Shown: piece after piece, positions 27,256 through 41,460 of the stretch
Layout of the letters: every line of letters starts with the position of its first letter
Numbering within the stretch: position 1 is the first letter of the stretch
Assembly (NCBI RefSeq): GCF_006345805.1
Contig: NC_043024.1
Span: forward strand, 11,160,001-11,224,000
Reading direction: 5' to 3'
DNA: 64,000 bases
DNA from: Octopus sinensis
Lineage: Eukaryota
Notes under the pieces: model-generated
Seen by the model: only the letters and a program-made list of their open reading frames with translations
The model's database searches: none
What the model was told of the DNA's origin: nothing
Program-made: the position numbers and the translations under genes

Positions 27256-29345
27256 CTACAGACAGAAAGGAGTTACAACAAATTACAGAGAAGAACTCAA
27301 TACATGGCTTACAACTTTTTTTTTTATATATCATCTACTACGGAAGAGAGAGAGAGAGAGAGAGAGAGCACAGTACAGTTAAATAAATACAAACTGGGAA
27401 AGCAACAAATACAATTGTGTGTGTGGGTGTGAGAGAGAGAGAGAGATGGGGAGGAGGAGAGAGACAGACAGACAGACAGAGTCAGAGACATGCACATGTA
27501 CACATGTTCAAAATTAAGATAAAAAAACGATGCAACAACACAAAAAAGACTGACATAGTCCCCAAATCCTGGACATCCTTCACGCTAGTATGGTCAAAGC
27601 CTCCTCTTTACCCCAGACTGTTGCCAACGAATGGACATCAGTTCATTCAACTACATCAGCTTTCAATCTTTATTTCTTCATAAACTGCAACTTACCTCCT
27701 TAGGTCCACTCATAGGCACCATTAGTTTAAAAACAGTAATTGGCCATTATAAGCCATTACAAGATATTCCCTATATCGTATTCTTTCTAATTTTGGCCCA
27801 AGGCCAGCTATTTTGAGAAGAGGAAAGCCAATTGCATTGACTGCTGTGTTGAACTGGGACTTATTTTATTGATCTAGAAAGATAACGAGGAAAGTTGACC
27901 ACGGGAGCATTTGATCTCTGAAGGTAAAATGTCAGAAGAAAACGCCACGGATGACTCTACAAGCTCACTATATCATATAAGTTCTAGATTCTAGATCCAA
28001 TGTAAGTCTTCTCTACAACAGTTGTTCATTCATTGTTTTGAATAATGATGATGATGATGATCATCATCATCATCATCATTTAATGTCCATTGTCTATACT
28101 GGCATGGGTTGGACAGTTTGACCAGGGGTGGTTAGCTGAGGGGCTGCACCAGACTCCAGGCGGATTTGGCATGGTTTCTATGGTTGGATGCTCTTCCTAA
28201 TGCCAACCACTCTGAGTATAATGGGTGCTTTTATGTGCCAGTTACATCGGCATCAGCCACATTGCCTCTGTGAGGCCCAACACTCAAATGGTGCTTTTTA
28301 CATATTAAAATCAAGCCTGAAAGAAAGACAAAAAAAAATGCACTAGGAAGAAGAAGAGGGATTAACTTTACAACATCCTAGTGTTGCATCCTGCTGTCTT
28401 CAGGGTTTGCCAAGTAACTTCATAAAAATTATTAAAATATTATCATCTCAAGAGGTTAAAATAGTGAAATATTGTAATGTTGAAAGTAGTACGAAGAATG
28501 AAACATGAGGATTATGACAAAGTGAAATATTTTCTGACTATTAAATGTGTATCACTTCATCTGGTTGAAATTAAGAATTAAACCTGTCAATGTTTTGTTG
28601 GAAGAAGTTTAGTTGTCAGCAAATGTTCTAAAGATCAGAACTGCTTAGCTTCATCTTCTCTCACTGCATCACATGATGCATTGCTTAGCAATGGCCTCAT
28701 GGCATAAAATCTCCATATGGAAAGGATGCTAGTCTACCTCTGCTATCAACTCCAGATGATCCTCAACACAACTGAGTAAACTAAAACATAGAATTAAGCA
28801 CATTTCCCAAAACGGAAATTATAATCTTGCTGTACTTTGGTGGGGTCATTGGGCCAACAACAAACACACATGCTGGCTATAATTAAGCTTCTTTAATTAT
28901 TGGTAATAGTAGTCAATTCATTAACCAATAAGATGGTTGGAGAATATCATCTCAGTTGATCAAGCCAGAAATTGTAATGAGAGTTACTTCTGACAGGGCT
29001 CTTTGGAGAAGGGGATTGAGGACTCTACCCCTCAACAATCCTCTCAGGAATAGTGGGCAGAGAAGATGGATGGATTGTTTGTCAAAGTCCGTTTGTCACC
29101 ATTCATGACCTCATCAATGACATACCCTCTCTAATTGGGGTCTGCTCAGGTCGGCATCTCCCAAGTCCAAACAAAATCTGTTTCAGCACAAGTTCACATC
29201 AAGAACCTTGCACACCAAATGCAAAAATTAAAGACAATAGAATACCAGTTAGGCTTTAACATTGTGGACTGCTGAGCACATGATCAGAAGTTTCAAAGCT
29301 TGCTAGCACACATCAGCCTGCAGCCTCCCACCTCATAGCTATCCG

Positions 29346-29569
29346 TTTCTTTATTACCCACAAGGGGCTAAACATAGAGGGGACAAACAAGGATAGACAA
29401 ACGGATTAAGTCGATTACATCGACCCCAGTGCGTAACTGGTACTTAATTTATTGACCCAAAAGGATGAAAGGCAAAGTCGACCTCGGCGGAATTTGAACT
29501 CAGAACATAAAGACGAACGAAATACGGCTACGCACTTTGCCCGGCGTGCTAACGTTTCTGCCAGCTCAC
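29346..29569 (-). mobile_element. near full-length SINE, family A
   Basis: Colinear with the 5634-5850 copy. Confidence 0.85.
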
Positions 29570-29659
29570 AACCTCATAGCTATCCATCACATGTACGGTA
29601 ACGGACTTGTCCTCTGTCTCCTGGTAGATCATCCTGCCATGGTTTTCTCTCATTCTATG

Positions 29660-29870
29660 CAGAAGCTGTAGGTTGGAAGAGGCCTTGTGGCAGGCCCTGT
29701 ACCGGATGGCTGGATGCGATTAAGGGAGATCTCCAGAGGCTCGACGTCACCTTGGAGGATGCAAGAGGGGCTGGCACAAGACCGCCAGCAATGGAGAGCA
29801 CTGGTGGATCTGGGACCACTAACCTGGGATGACCCCCAGCCCCATCAAGGAAGAGCATGAAGCAGCAGCA
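29660..29870 (+). mobile_element. RTE-clade LINE 3' ORF fragment
   Basis: Plus frame reads GWKRPCGRPCTGWLDAIKGDLQRLDVTLEDARGLAQDRQQWRALV, matching the R.RGRP..RW.D...D / AQDR..WR C-terminal signature of RTE elements. Confidence 0.75.
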
Positions 29871-30117
29871 TGGTTTTATAACAGAGTTATTAGTGGTATG
29901 TCAAACTACAAAACAAACTGCTCAAAAGTTTCACACCTGTCTCAATCCCACCTGTAGTAGCAGAGACAAATATTCAACACATAGTAAAATAAAACAAAAA
30001 AACATTTCAATTAAAATTTGTTTCTTTAGAAATAGAAAAAAAACATTTTATGAATATGTTTTTAATAAATCTTTTAAGCGATCAATAACAAAAACACAAA
30101 AAAAAGTATATTCTCAC

Positions 30118-30236
30118 CTGGGGCTGAGCAATTGGATAGCCACTTTCTGAAGCATGAAATATAGCCATTCCATTCTGGTAGGTGTAAGGAACTCCATTAG
30201 TTGATAATAGTACTGTCCCCGGATGCAAGTTAGGAT
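30118..30236 (-). CDS. boll: boule internal exon, 119 nt, phase 1-0: (D)PNLHPGTVLLSTNGVPYTYQNGMAIFHASESGYPIAQPQ
   Basis: Acceptor aaatatatttccag|AT and donor CAG|gtgaga. GTVLLSTNGVPYTYQNGMAIFH aligns with recalled human BOLL GTMYLTTSTGYPYTYHNGVAYFH, which is the diagnostic match for the gene call. Confidence 0.92.
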
Positions 30237-30485
30237 CTGGAAATATATTTAATATGAAAGAGAAAAAAAGAATGTCAAATCATTATAATATATATATACA
30301 TTAAAAGTTGTATTTCATCATTAAATAGCAGAGATGCCAACCTATACATACATATATACACACACACACATATGTATGTATATATATATATGTGTGTGTG
30401 TATCTGTGCATGTATATATTATATATGTACACACAAATACATAATATACACATATGCATATATATATACACACATTGTATACGTA

Positions 30486-30536
<51 letters not shown>

Positions 30537-31859
30537 GCCTATACATATAGACACATACATCCATATACAAATAAATCAATATATACATACACATATATAT
30601 GCACACATATATATATATGCATATATATATACATACATACATACATATATATATTATTTATATATATACATATTAGATATACATACATATAAGAGGTAGA
30701 ATAAATAGTGTGAAAGTGAGTCTGCCCTATATCCCATCTTTCTGTAGCATACTAAACATCAAGGGACAAATCAGTCAGGCTAAAACCATCCTTATACCTA
30801 TAATATACACCCATACTAGGACAATTACATTAATGAAACTACACAATGCTCCTTCTACTTCCAGTAGGGAACTGTATCTCTCCAAGTAGGGGACTACATT
30901 ATTTAAGGGTTCGATGTTTCTGGTCACTAACACAGTGTAAGTGCTGATGATGATGGTATACAAACCATGGATCAACGGATCAACACACCTCATGAACTTA
31001 GCTGGTTGCAGCTTTTACAATGAATATATACATGACCCTAAATAACCTCATAATGGCAACCTACTAGAAGAATTAGCTTAATTTTACAAGAGTTCCTCAT
31101 TTTTAGAGATGATACGGTGTTAGACAGAAATACAAATGACTCAGTCAGAAACAAAATAATATCAACATCCATCACAAAATATCTTCCACTAAGCCTCTAT
31201 AATTCAAGGTAAACATAAATGATCACTGCAAAATTGCAATGCTATTTCATCTATAACTAAGACAAAAAGAGGTACATACACAGACATATATATACACAGA
31301 GAAAGTGTTGGGTAATGCAAAGAACCTTGTAAAACTAGGACAAGTTAACCAGTATCAAAACTCTCAAAGACAAATCAAAACTTTCATTCAAACTTCAGTT
31401 AAAATAACGAGGATGGCCATTCTTTTCATTAAATCCTTGCTGTTGAGATTATCTACGCCCCATAATGGAAAATGTGCCATTTTTTATGATTAGGATTTAT
31501 ACTGTACTATTAAAAAACAGTTTCTTATCTGTGTGTTATCCCTAAATGCAATGAAATATCAAACTAATGAGGGAAGCCTCTTAAAAGTTGCACGAGTTGC
31601 TCATAGTAACAGCCAAATCTCTCTTAACATCTTTATAAATTAGACACAGTGTAGTCCTAGATATACAAAACTGTGAAGGTCATTGTTAGAATGTCTTTTG
31701 AACATAGACCTACAAGATTTTGTAGAAGTGAACTGAAGTGATTCAACAACAACAGTTAAATATCAAGGCGCTCTCAACCATAATATAAAATCTATTAGCA
31801 ATATTCCTTTTTTTTTTCTAAATCAAATCAGTTGAATATCTTGTTAGAAATACCTCTAA

Positions 31860-32400
31860 ATGGATATTCACATACTCAATGGCATTGGAAAAGTATACAT
31901 GGAGGCATGATGAGATGCTTAATATTCTCTGTTGTGCTGCCAAGAAGCAGACAGAAGCAATCAATGGTGACAAGATACTGCAGAAGGACAGCAGAAAACA
32001 TTTTGTCATGCTTGGTGGCTACCCAAAAACAGAAGAAAACTGAATGCCAAGAACTGAGATGGAGTATGGGAGGTAGCAGTAGATCCTGTAGGGTATGAAT
32101 GCTAACTTCCAATACCAACAAATAAGGAACTGTATATGGCAATATGGTGCGAGGAACACTAGATAGTGCATCTTGTTCCAACAAAGACAATTTAGATGCA
32201 GCCTGGGTCAGGAAAGATGAGCATTATGAGATGCTAATGGAAGGCTGTCTAGATGCTGGTTGGAGTGCAGAACACTTTCCTGCAGAGGTTGGATGTAGGG
32301 GTTTCATTGGGACCAGACCAAGACAGTGGCTGCTATCATCTTGAAGGAGATGCAGGTGACAATTGAGAGGGCCAGCTATTGGATATTGAAAGGGAATGAC
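31860..32400 (+). mobile_element. decayed REL-endonuclease non-LTR retrotransposon (HERO/NeSL-like) 3' fragment
   Basis: YTWRHD followed, after frameshifts, by DNLDAAWVRKDEHYEMLMEGCLDAGWSAEHFPAEVGCRGF. Confidence 0.75.
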
Positions 32401-33635
32401 AAAACCTGACTGGAGAGGTGATGATCCCGAATTGGACTTGACGGATACTAGTCAGTCAAAACATTTAAGTGGAGTGGGGCGCACTGCAAAGCCATCAAGA
32501 GGAGGCCCTGAAACAATGTGCATTCTCCCTCAATGACCCCAAAACTTTCTGGCATCTGGAATGCATAGTTTTCACCTGTCTGCTCCTGCGCTGGAAAGCT
32601 GTTTCCAAGTCTCTTATAGTAATATTAAGTCAATAAAACCCTCTTTTCTTAAGAGTTCCCAAGTCTGACTAAATATATGAATTTGACTTAAGAAAGTAGT
32701 AAAGAGGCAGAAAAACATTAAATGTCAGATTAATTTTAATTTCTTGATATTCAAAGTTAACTTTTTGACACTGCCATATAGCTCCCACTATAGTCAATCC
32801 ACTCTATGCCTTTTCTTATAATAATATAGCTCAACAACTTGGACAGAACTTAGCAACAGAAAAATACTGAATAGCTAAGAAACACTGTGGGAGGAGTAAA
32901 ATTTAATGAAATACTACATGCAAGACAATGGAAATGTGATGTTGCAACATTCATGCTTTTCTCCAAAGGAAATATATGGCCATCCACTTATATAATCTGT
33001 TGGACACTTGAAAACCTAACTGGCAAAGGTTTATTGCAATTACATTGCAATCCAAATTGAAGGATATAAAGACACTTTTTTTTTTCCAACTATATTTCAC
33101 TAACTAATAATGCTTCTAAATATTGATATCAGACCCTGCTATACAAAAACTGAATTGCTAATTAAACATACTCATCTAACCCCGTGTCCCTTAAAATCAG
33201 GGCTAAGAAATAGCAAGTGAATTCTATTTTAGTTATGAAATCAGATTTTAAAGATACGTTTCTCAAAAAACATTCTATGCTAGAACTTGCTTAACCGATA
33301 CAACAGGTGTATAGAATAACTCACTCTAACAATAACAATTATTACCTGTAATTATGAAACAAATTTCTATCAAATTTAGCCAGAAGCTCACTTGTCATTG
33401 TCACAGATGATCATGCAATCTAGGCATCTTTCACCTTCTATTCATACCTCCTCCTACCTGTCAGACAGTTCACACACATTCTCTTCTGCCACAATTCCCA
33501 ACTGAGACAGAAAGTAGGATTCAAAACAGCAAATTCTCTAATCCTTCACAAGTCAGCCAACTCCCAGTCTTCTAGAGAGAAAAAAATCTAATCTAATTTT
33601 ATATTAGAAAATCATATAAAGGAAACTATATATAT

Positions 33636-33644
<9 letters not shown>

Positions 33645-33723
<79 letters not shown>
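33645..33723. repeat. (TA)n microsatellite
   Basis: Read directly from the sequence. Confidence 0.95.
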
Positions 33724-33731
<8 letters not shown>

Positions 33732-35139
33732 ATGTATGTATTATGTAAATTTTTAAAAGAAGCATAAGAGTAATTCTTGCAATTTTGACACCAAACAAAT
33801 GTAAGCTATCTGTCTGAATGGTTGAGAAATATATTCTTCAGAACAAAATTAACCACAACAGAAACATTCTTCCCTTATCTGAAACCTTGCCCTCTGAACC
33901 CAGTAACTCGTTCTCTCGCTCATTCATACATGCTACACACACAACTTTCTAAACTGTGAACCAACAACGAAGCCTCTACATGATCACTTAACCTGCTAGA
34001 AATAGCTACTAAATTATATCCCTCAAATCATAACCCTTTACGTTAAAAGAAAGAAACACATCCTCCAATATCTAAATAAGCTAGAAGGTGAATGATCAGA
34101 AGTCTGCTGAATCAAGGCTGTCTTGGAGCTAAACAACAGTACTTTCTAAACTGCTAAATAAAATATTGCTGAAAATTCCATTTTCATCATCATCGTCATC
34201 AAGTGGAGATTAGGGAGTGGTTACCTGGTTTCCATGGCGTATACATGATCAAAATCACAACACTGTCCCTGAATGGAATGCCAGTTTGTCATAGGGTTAC
34301 TCATTTACAGCCAAGTGGATTCGAGCAACAGGGTTTTGCTCAAGAACACAACACACAACCTGGTTCAGGGATCGAAACCATGATCTCACAATCAAAGGAG
34401 TGCAACCTCCTAACCACTAGGCCACATGCCTATTGTCATTAGCCATTACAGAAAAATATAATTTCTCGATCATTATACTTTCATTTAGGTATGATGTCAA
34501 AAACAGAAGAATTTCCCATAAAAAGTAGGTTTATTCATATATATATATATATCAAAGACAGTAAATAAATGAAGACTAGAAAATACATAAAGTTACTTTT
34601 TAAAGTATTTCATATTCAAACAGAAAGCTCTAGAAAATAAAGGTGCATTTGTTGTGTGACAAAGTACAGGTTGTCCTAAAGCTGACACACAGTAGGGTTT
34701 GTAAATTAGATTGTAATACATACAGCAAAGTATGGACACGCTCTGCTTCATCTAGAATCGGTCATTTCCTTTTACTCTGTACATATGCAAGGTCTATTTC
34801 CCAAGAGACGATTCTTGCAGGTTGATGTCTACTCGTAAAGCAAGTGTGTCCGTAAAGGATGCTCTAGACATGTTTAGGTGAAGCATTTCAAGAGTAGAGG
34901 AAAGGAGAGATAAATCGGTGGAGATGATGCAAAGAGGAAAAGGCAAATGTATTGTGTGGTATCGAACTTGCTTCATCAGGAACAGAAGTAGTTTTACTAG
35001 CAGTATAACCTTGATTTTACTAGTGTACATTCTAGTGACACTAATGGCGCAATGCCCAGTCAACACACTGTCTTTTAGGCTTCTTTTGCCTATTAAATAT
35101 GGACAACTCGAATACATTAATATATATATTTTAACATGT

Positions 35140-35330
35140 AAGTTTTTCTACATTGAGGTCACAGCGATTTGAACATCCCAAAACAGGATTGCCAAACAGA
35201 TTCTTCAAGCTGAACCGACTGGCAGGAGACTTGGGAGTAAACCACAAGTGATACGGTCGGATAGCATCCATAGTCTCAGTCAGTCATGCTTGGGAATAAT
35301 GACGGTTACTTCTGATAGGATCCAATGAGG
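35140..35330 (+). mobile_element. decayed RTE-like LINE 3' fragment
   Basis: RIAKQILQAEPTGRRLGSKPQ resembles the RTE R.PK.IL...P.G.R..GRP motif. Confidence 0.45.
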
Positions 35331-38300
35331 AAGTACTCAAGGACTCTACCCCGCCCCCTGGCCGTCCAAGGACCAGTGGGTAGCAAAAATTGATGGGTAT
35401 CACCTTTGGTAAGCATCTTCTGCTATAGTTATGGATCTACCAAAGTCTTGTGAGTGTATTTGATAAATGAAGACTTAAAGAAGTCCATCATGTGTGTGTG
35501 CGTGTGTTAGATGCTTCTCCAAATATTTCAAGTTACGAATGGTGACATTGCTGTCTTTTCTGTTGTTAACCAGTCGTCCAGTGGCTTTGCCCCTTCAAAG
35601 ACGTGAAATAAGAGATCTCAAGAAACGGGTGAGGGTTAGCAACAGGAAGAGTATCCAGCAACAGAAAGGGGATCCGGCAGTAAAACAATGCCTCGATATT
35701 ACCTTCATCTAACCCATGTGAGAATGTGAAAATAAGTGTAAAAACAAAATGAACAAGCAAGCTAACAATAAATATATTTTGTGTGTCATTTAGAACAGCC
35801 TGTAGTTGTTTTAACAACAAACTATTGGATAAATTATGTCTATTGAAAAAAAAAAAGAAATTGAATAGTTCTAATGGATAATAGAAATAATGTAGAAGAA
35901 AAAAAAAGATATTAGAACAATATTGAGTAAATTTGTAAAGGATCAAATAACACACAAATGTGCAAAAAATGTCTGATGTAAGGTTGCTGTTGTTGTTGTT
36001 GTTGTATATTATAAGAAGAAAGCATACATCATCAACATCAAACATTACAAACATCAAATAAAAAACACAACTTCAAGAAAAAAATTAGTATACTCTTTTT
36101 CTAAATACCTATTTATAAAACATGCAGTGTCTTGCAGTATTTTCCCCTTCTTAAAACACATATCTTGCATTAATTAATTATAGGCGAATTAACGATATTA
36201 CTAAATTCTGTATAAGCCACTAGAATACGAAAAAGAAAAAAACCCTTAAATTTTAGTTCCTAAGTTTTCTTTTCTTTTAACACTCAATAATATAAACCAA
36301 CGTTTGTGCATTTTCACACTACAAAATAAAACAATATTTATAAAGGACTTTTTATAAACTTTCAGCAAATCAACCTTCAATTTAATTATCTATCCTTTTT
36401 CTTAGTTTGGAAGCTGAAAGTATTTTATTTTTTCCGAAATTAAGTAATCAGCCGAGCTTGAGTAAATGTGTTTGCACACGTGTATGGTGAAAGATTAGGA
36501 ATTATAGTTTCTGGAAAATTTTAAGCAATAAAATTTTCTGTTTAAAATAAGCCCAAGAAATAAAATGAATCTAGACATAGTTGGAACAGCAACAGATTCA
36601 AGTGTACAAAGAAACATAATATCAGGTTGAGAGGCATTAATTGGATGTAGTAATTTAATTAAACTTAATATGTCGCCTTTTGGTTTAATTTGGCCTAATT
36701 TTTTAACATTTCCTTAAGCAACATAATTAATAAAAAAAGGGAAAGAGGGGCGAGAGCATATTGGTGCCCTGTTGACAGAAATCACTCAAGTTAGTCGAGC
36801 CTTAAGCAAGCTCTAGGCAGAGAGGCAAGCAAAGTTGTGTGCAAACTATAAACTGGAATTCAAAGCTTTAAAACAAAAGATTTAGATTTTTTTGCTCATC
36901 TTTAAAAATCTATTCACCATAAAATACTTTTTAAATTTAAAAAAAAAATGTTAGCATTTATAAAGAAATAATTCCATTGTTATTGGAGAAATTTTAGGAT
37001 TCAATGGAAAATGAAATCTGAAATTAATTTCTATCATCTAATCTTAAAATATTCTTTTATGCTTAAACAAAATAAACAGACCCCTAATGTTTATGGAGTA
37101 AAATGATATCACAAGATATTTTTTTACCAATTAATTCACATTTATTTAATTAAAGGAAAAGGGTTTTCTTTTTCCTCCCATTTAATCCCTTTTAACAAGT
37201 TATACACTGCTAACAACCAACAACTCCCGTTCCTTCATATCTGCAGGATTTAAATAGTTCCAAAAGGAGAAATATGGTAACAATACACAGTAAAATCTTT
37301 ACAATTGGGTGGCCATCCTAGAGCCAACTAATCTATTATTTGCCAGCTACATGTCATTCGTTTACCCAATACTTTTAGGAATTGCTACTGTTTTATTTGT
37401 AAGATTTATAGTTTCACAAGGTCATACACTCCACATAGTCACAACCAAAAGACACAATGCACACACCAAATGATTTTATTCAGACAAAACAAAAAAAAAA
37501 CCGTAATAAATCAATACAGAAAAATTGCAACTGGCCCACACCCCTTTGATTGTCTTTTCGGCAGCCCCCAACCATACATTTTCACATGCTCTTATTACTT
37601 TATTACATGTACCTTTTTTACACCAAATGCAAGCTTAAATTAAATTGGTTATATAGTTTTATAAATCACTCCCTGTAAATATTGTATCAAACTAGTAACA
37701 TGTCTTACACTTCAGTAAAAACTAACTGGACCTATTCAATAACAATAAACAACAAACATCTCTAACACTCATTTTCACCAACAACCTCTGACAACTCTAT
37801 TTCTTAATTCTATCTCACTCAAACAGTTTATTACACCAGCCAAAAACTGTTTAAAAATATTAAACAAACTGTTTTTCAAGACATTTTACTCACTCTCCCC
37901 ATTCTCCCTCCTATTTGTCCCACCTTTTTCTGGGGGTACACACAAGGAATAGCTGAAAAATATACTCTACATAATAGGGACAGACTTCAGTAACTTCTCA
38001 ATTTAAAAGATTACAAAGATGAATAAAAACTAAATATTTGTTGCTGAAATACAAAGAGCTGTATATAGCTTAGTTAACAGATAACAGACAACAGGCTGAA
38101 GGATTAGAGGTTCATATCCTATCATCAGCACCTTACCATGTGTGTGACCATAACTAGACAGCAAAAGGACAAGATAATATCCAATCATCTGTGTACTGTG
38201 TGTGGCAAGGGCCAAAGGACAAACAATATTTCTCAATGATGCACTTATAAATGGTAACAAGAATAACAGTAACAAATGCCTCATTGAAACCATCATACTT

Positions 38301-38757
38301 TAACAGCCATTTTCACTTATCAAAGAGGTAAAATGATGGCCAGGGTCATCCTAATAGCATTACAGGCCACAGCTTACACACATCAGAATTGGATCCCTAG
38401 ACTTACGAAGCCCTTGGACCCCATGCCTTAAGATAGCACTGACGATGGCAATTGCTTATTTTATACACTGGGAAACTTCTAAGGTAAAAAAGAAAATACT
38501 ACAATATTTAGAAAAACTATAAGTTTAGTTGGATCAAATTATTTACAGAAAACACGCTTTAAAATTTTCTGATTGCCTTCTACTAAATGCTTTAAGTACA
38601 GAAAATAGAATTCTTTTTTTTTTTAATGGAAAGAAAAATAGGTATTCAGAAAAAAGGCATCAAACATTTTAAATGTAAAATTTGCATTAATATATAATCA
38701 TCACATTAATGATAACAAAGAAGGTAACATTAAAGAATAAATAACAACTTCCAAGTG

Positions 38758-38795
38758 TCAAGTTGATATTTCTGCAGCCCTAATGGTCGGCATCT
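38758..38795 (-). other. candidate alternative terminal exon: (E)MPTIRAAEIST* in phase 1
   Basis: Acceptor atattgcatgcctgttccag|AG and TGA at 38758-38760. About 2.7 kb of SINE-poor, U-rich sequence with several AATAAA follows on the minus strand. Confidence 0.3.
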
Positions 38796-39170
38796 CTGGA
38801 ACAGGCATGCAATATATAAATATATATATATGTGTGTGTATATGTATGTATATAAGTAAATGAATAAATTAATGTTGTAATAATAATAATAATAATAATA
38901 GTAATAATAATAATAATAATAATAATACAAAAACTGTATAGTCAAATAAAAAATTTGTCATTCATGAAACAAGAAATTCAACAAGCAGGAACCAACAACT
39001 GGGCTATGGTAACAGTTCTACAAAAGAAGAAAAAATAGAGCATGCAAAACAACTGGTAAAGGTCAGTGACTACATCAATACGATTTCGGAAATAAATAAT
39101 TAAAAAAAAAAAACAACATTATAAATGAATAAATAAATAAATGCAAGCTAAATAGTCAACAGGTTGCTAC

Positions 39171-39217
39171 CTGCAAAGATTGACTGCTGACAGATATTGT
39201 GCTTTGAACTCTTCAAT
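39171..39217 (-). other. candidate exon or alternative last-exon start (47 nt; G|AT TGA gives an immediate stop in phase 1)
   Basis: Acceptor ccattccttttttcag|ATT. The donor CAG|gtagca is weak. Confidence 0.3.
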
Positions 39218-41089
39218 CTGAAAAAAGGAATGGCGATTGCTGAACTATAAAGAGTGTTCGGATAACATTGTTACATTGTTGGTGGAGTTTGACTGGGTGG
39301 AGTCTTGGGGGAGGAGACAAAACTTTAGAAACAATTTTGGTCATTATCTGACTCATATATATATATAATCAAGAAATTCTAGCAATCTTAGTGGCGGTTA
39401 CCAAAGATTTGATACTGTTATAGCTGGTTTATTGGTTCTCTTCACTATTTTATTATTTTTTTTTTTAAGTAATCCAAGTTACTAATTAATAATTAGAGTA
39501 TATAATTAGAGCATTTTATGTAACTTTCATAGTTAATTGGGTGAAATTAGTTGCTGCTTCTCACTCATAACAATATTCTTCATGCTTTGACAAAAACAAT
39601 TATTTTCAAGAAACACTTTTCTAGCATTTGAAAAATTAACAGTAATTTCATCAAGAATATGACAAATGAATTCTAAGACCCAGTCTTCACTGATACTACA
39701 GTATTAATAACTGTGTGTATGTACACACATATGCGCATACGCACATGCACGCACACACATACACACAGAGTTGTGCAACAAAGCACTACAATAAGTTCAT
39801 TATTATCATTGGAACATGAGATCATGTTATTGATAAACACATTTTTTCCTATGCATACAGAATGCCTCAAATTTACAGGGTTGGAAAATAGACAGCCATG
39901 ATATTTATGGTATTATGCTGTTCATGCTTTACTCAAGGACACTTGTGATGTTAGGGAAGCAAGTCTATGAAAGCAAGACAACTATTCTACCTGCTTCTAA
40001 CTATATTGATGAACACCTACCTAAGTTTGCAGGCCCATCTTATTCTTAACTCTTAACACACGGCAAATTACAAGAGAATTGCCTCTTGTAAATTATCAGC
40101 AATATTGCTGAAAACTTGCTTCTTTACCACATGGGAAAATATGAACACAAAAAAGGATTTGGAGATTTGTGCCTTCAGAGAAGCATAAGTTATGTAAGTA
40201 AAGCCATTCTTAATTGAATATCGAAAACTAACCCAACATTTCTCTCTCATATTTCGTTACTTTTGATGTATAAAGATATCTGAATTGGCCTAAAAGCCCA
40301 ACACATTACTGGTACATATTTTATCATCCCAACAGTAACAAAATGGTTAAATACGCTTTAGTAGGAAATGAACTCGGAATAGGGATAGAATTAAATACTA
40401 CAGAAGGTGGACAATTCCATCCTGTCCAGATACTCTCTTAAAAATTTCCTAATTGCTTTCAGCAGTGGTCCACTTAGGTTATGTGGAGGACTTTATATAT
40501 CTAAGAATCTTTATCAGCAAAGTCTATCAAGTAGAAGAGAACATCTTCCAAGTTAGGTTTAACAAAGCTCATGAGGTTAGGGATAGTCTCAGGACTGAGA
40601 CTGGGTTCTATAACAATAATGTCTACTACATCTTAATGGCAACCTGGTACCAAAGGAATTCAGGCGACTCCTAAAGGCCTTGGACAGTGTCCAAGTCTCA
40701 CCACCTTAGATTAGGACAGGAAGAACCAGAGACCTAAAGAGCTGAACCTTTATCCTTCTGAACAGATATTGGCAGCACCTGATGCCCTTGTCCAATAATT
40801 CCACAACAGCACCAACTCATCCAAGTCCTTTTAGTATCCAACCAACATCCCTACTCAGAAACTAGGGTGCTTCCTGTTACTTACATGATTTGGGAGCACC
40901 AGCTCAAGACTGCTAGGCCATACTGCTTGGATTTTCTGAGTAAGACCCTGCTTACCATGTTCTCTTCACTGAGAATCTAGCTGAGTTGACAACTCATGTT
41001 GGTCAATCGCATGCCACATGGTCACAGCAAATGACGAAGTATCTCACAGAGATGGGGGCTGACTGGGACTTTGCTCAACAAAGTCACCT

Positions 41090-41460
41090 GGGAGGACCTG
41101 GGAATAGACCAACAAATGGTGAATGCAGCAACACACTGCAATGGCGCATGTCCCCACACCTGACCTATGTTTTAATGTATGGCTTAGAATGTTGGTAAAA
41201 GGCGACATAACAAAGATCAATGCTATACACACAGAAGAAAACCTTCTGCATCTTCTGGCTGAACAAAAAGGCATGTAAATGAAGAACAGCACCAAAATAT
41301 TGGTTGTAATAGAATGGTCTGGGAGATGAAAGAGAGATGGGTTACATACTCAAAGTGAAACAAGAAATGATACTAAAGGTTGCATTAAGATGAACACCTG
41401 GTGGACAACAGTTGAAAAATGGCTTAAAGGAATGGGTTTTACATAAGGCGAGCACAGAAA
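41090..41460 (+). mobile_element. decayed RTE-like LINE fragment
   Basis: VLMYGLECW matches the RTE motif VLLYG.E.W. Stops and frameshifts surround it. Confidence 0.5.

Noticed and set aside
27129-27386. 85-aa plus-strand ORF MSDEAWKTFNKFVLP...
   Set aside because: It is the antisense shadow of the 84-nt boule exon and runs into a (GA)n repeat.
29655-29858. GC-rich minus-strand ORF between boule exons, considered as an extra exon
   Set aside because: The plus strand carries a clear RTE C-terminal signature, and there are no suitable splice sites.
34955-34985. Minus-strand CTGATGA...GATAC considered as a second hammerhead
   Set aside because: The GAAA core is broken and stem II does not pair.
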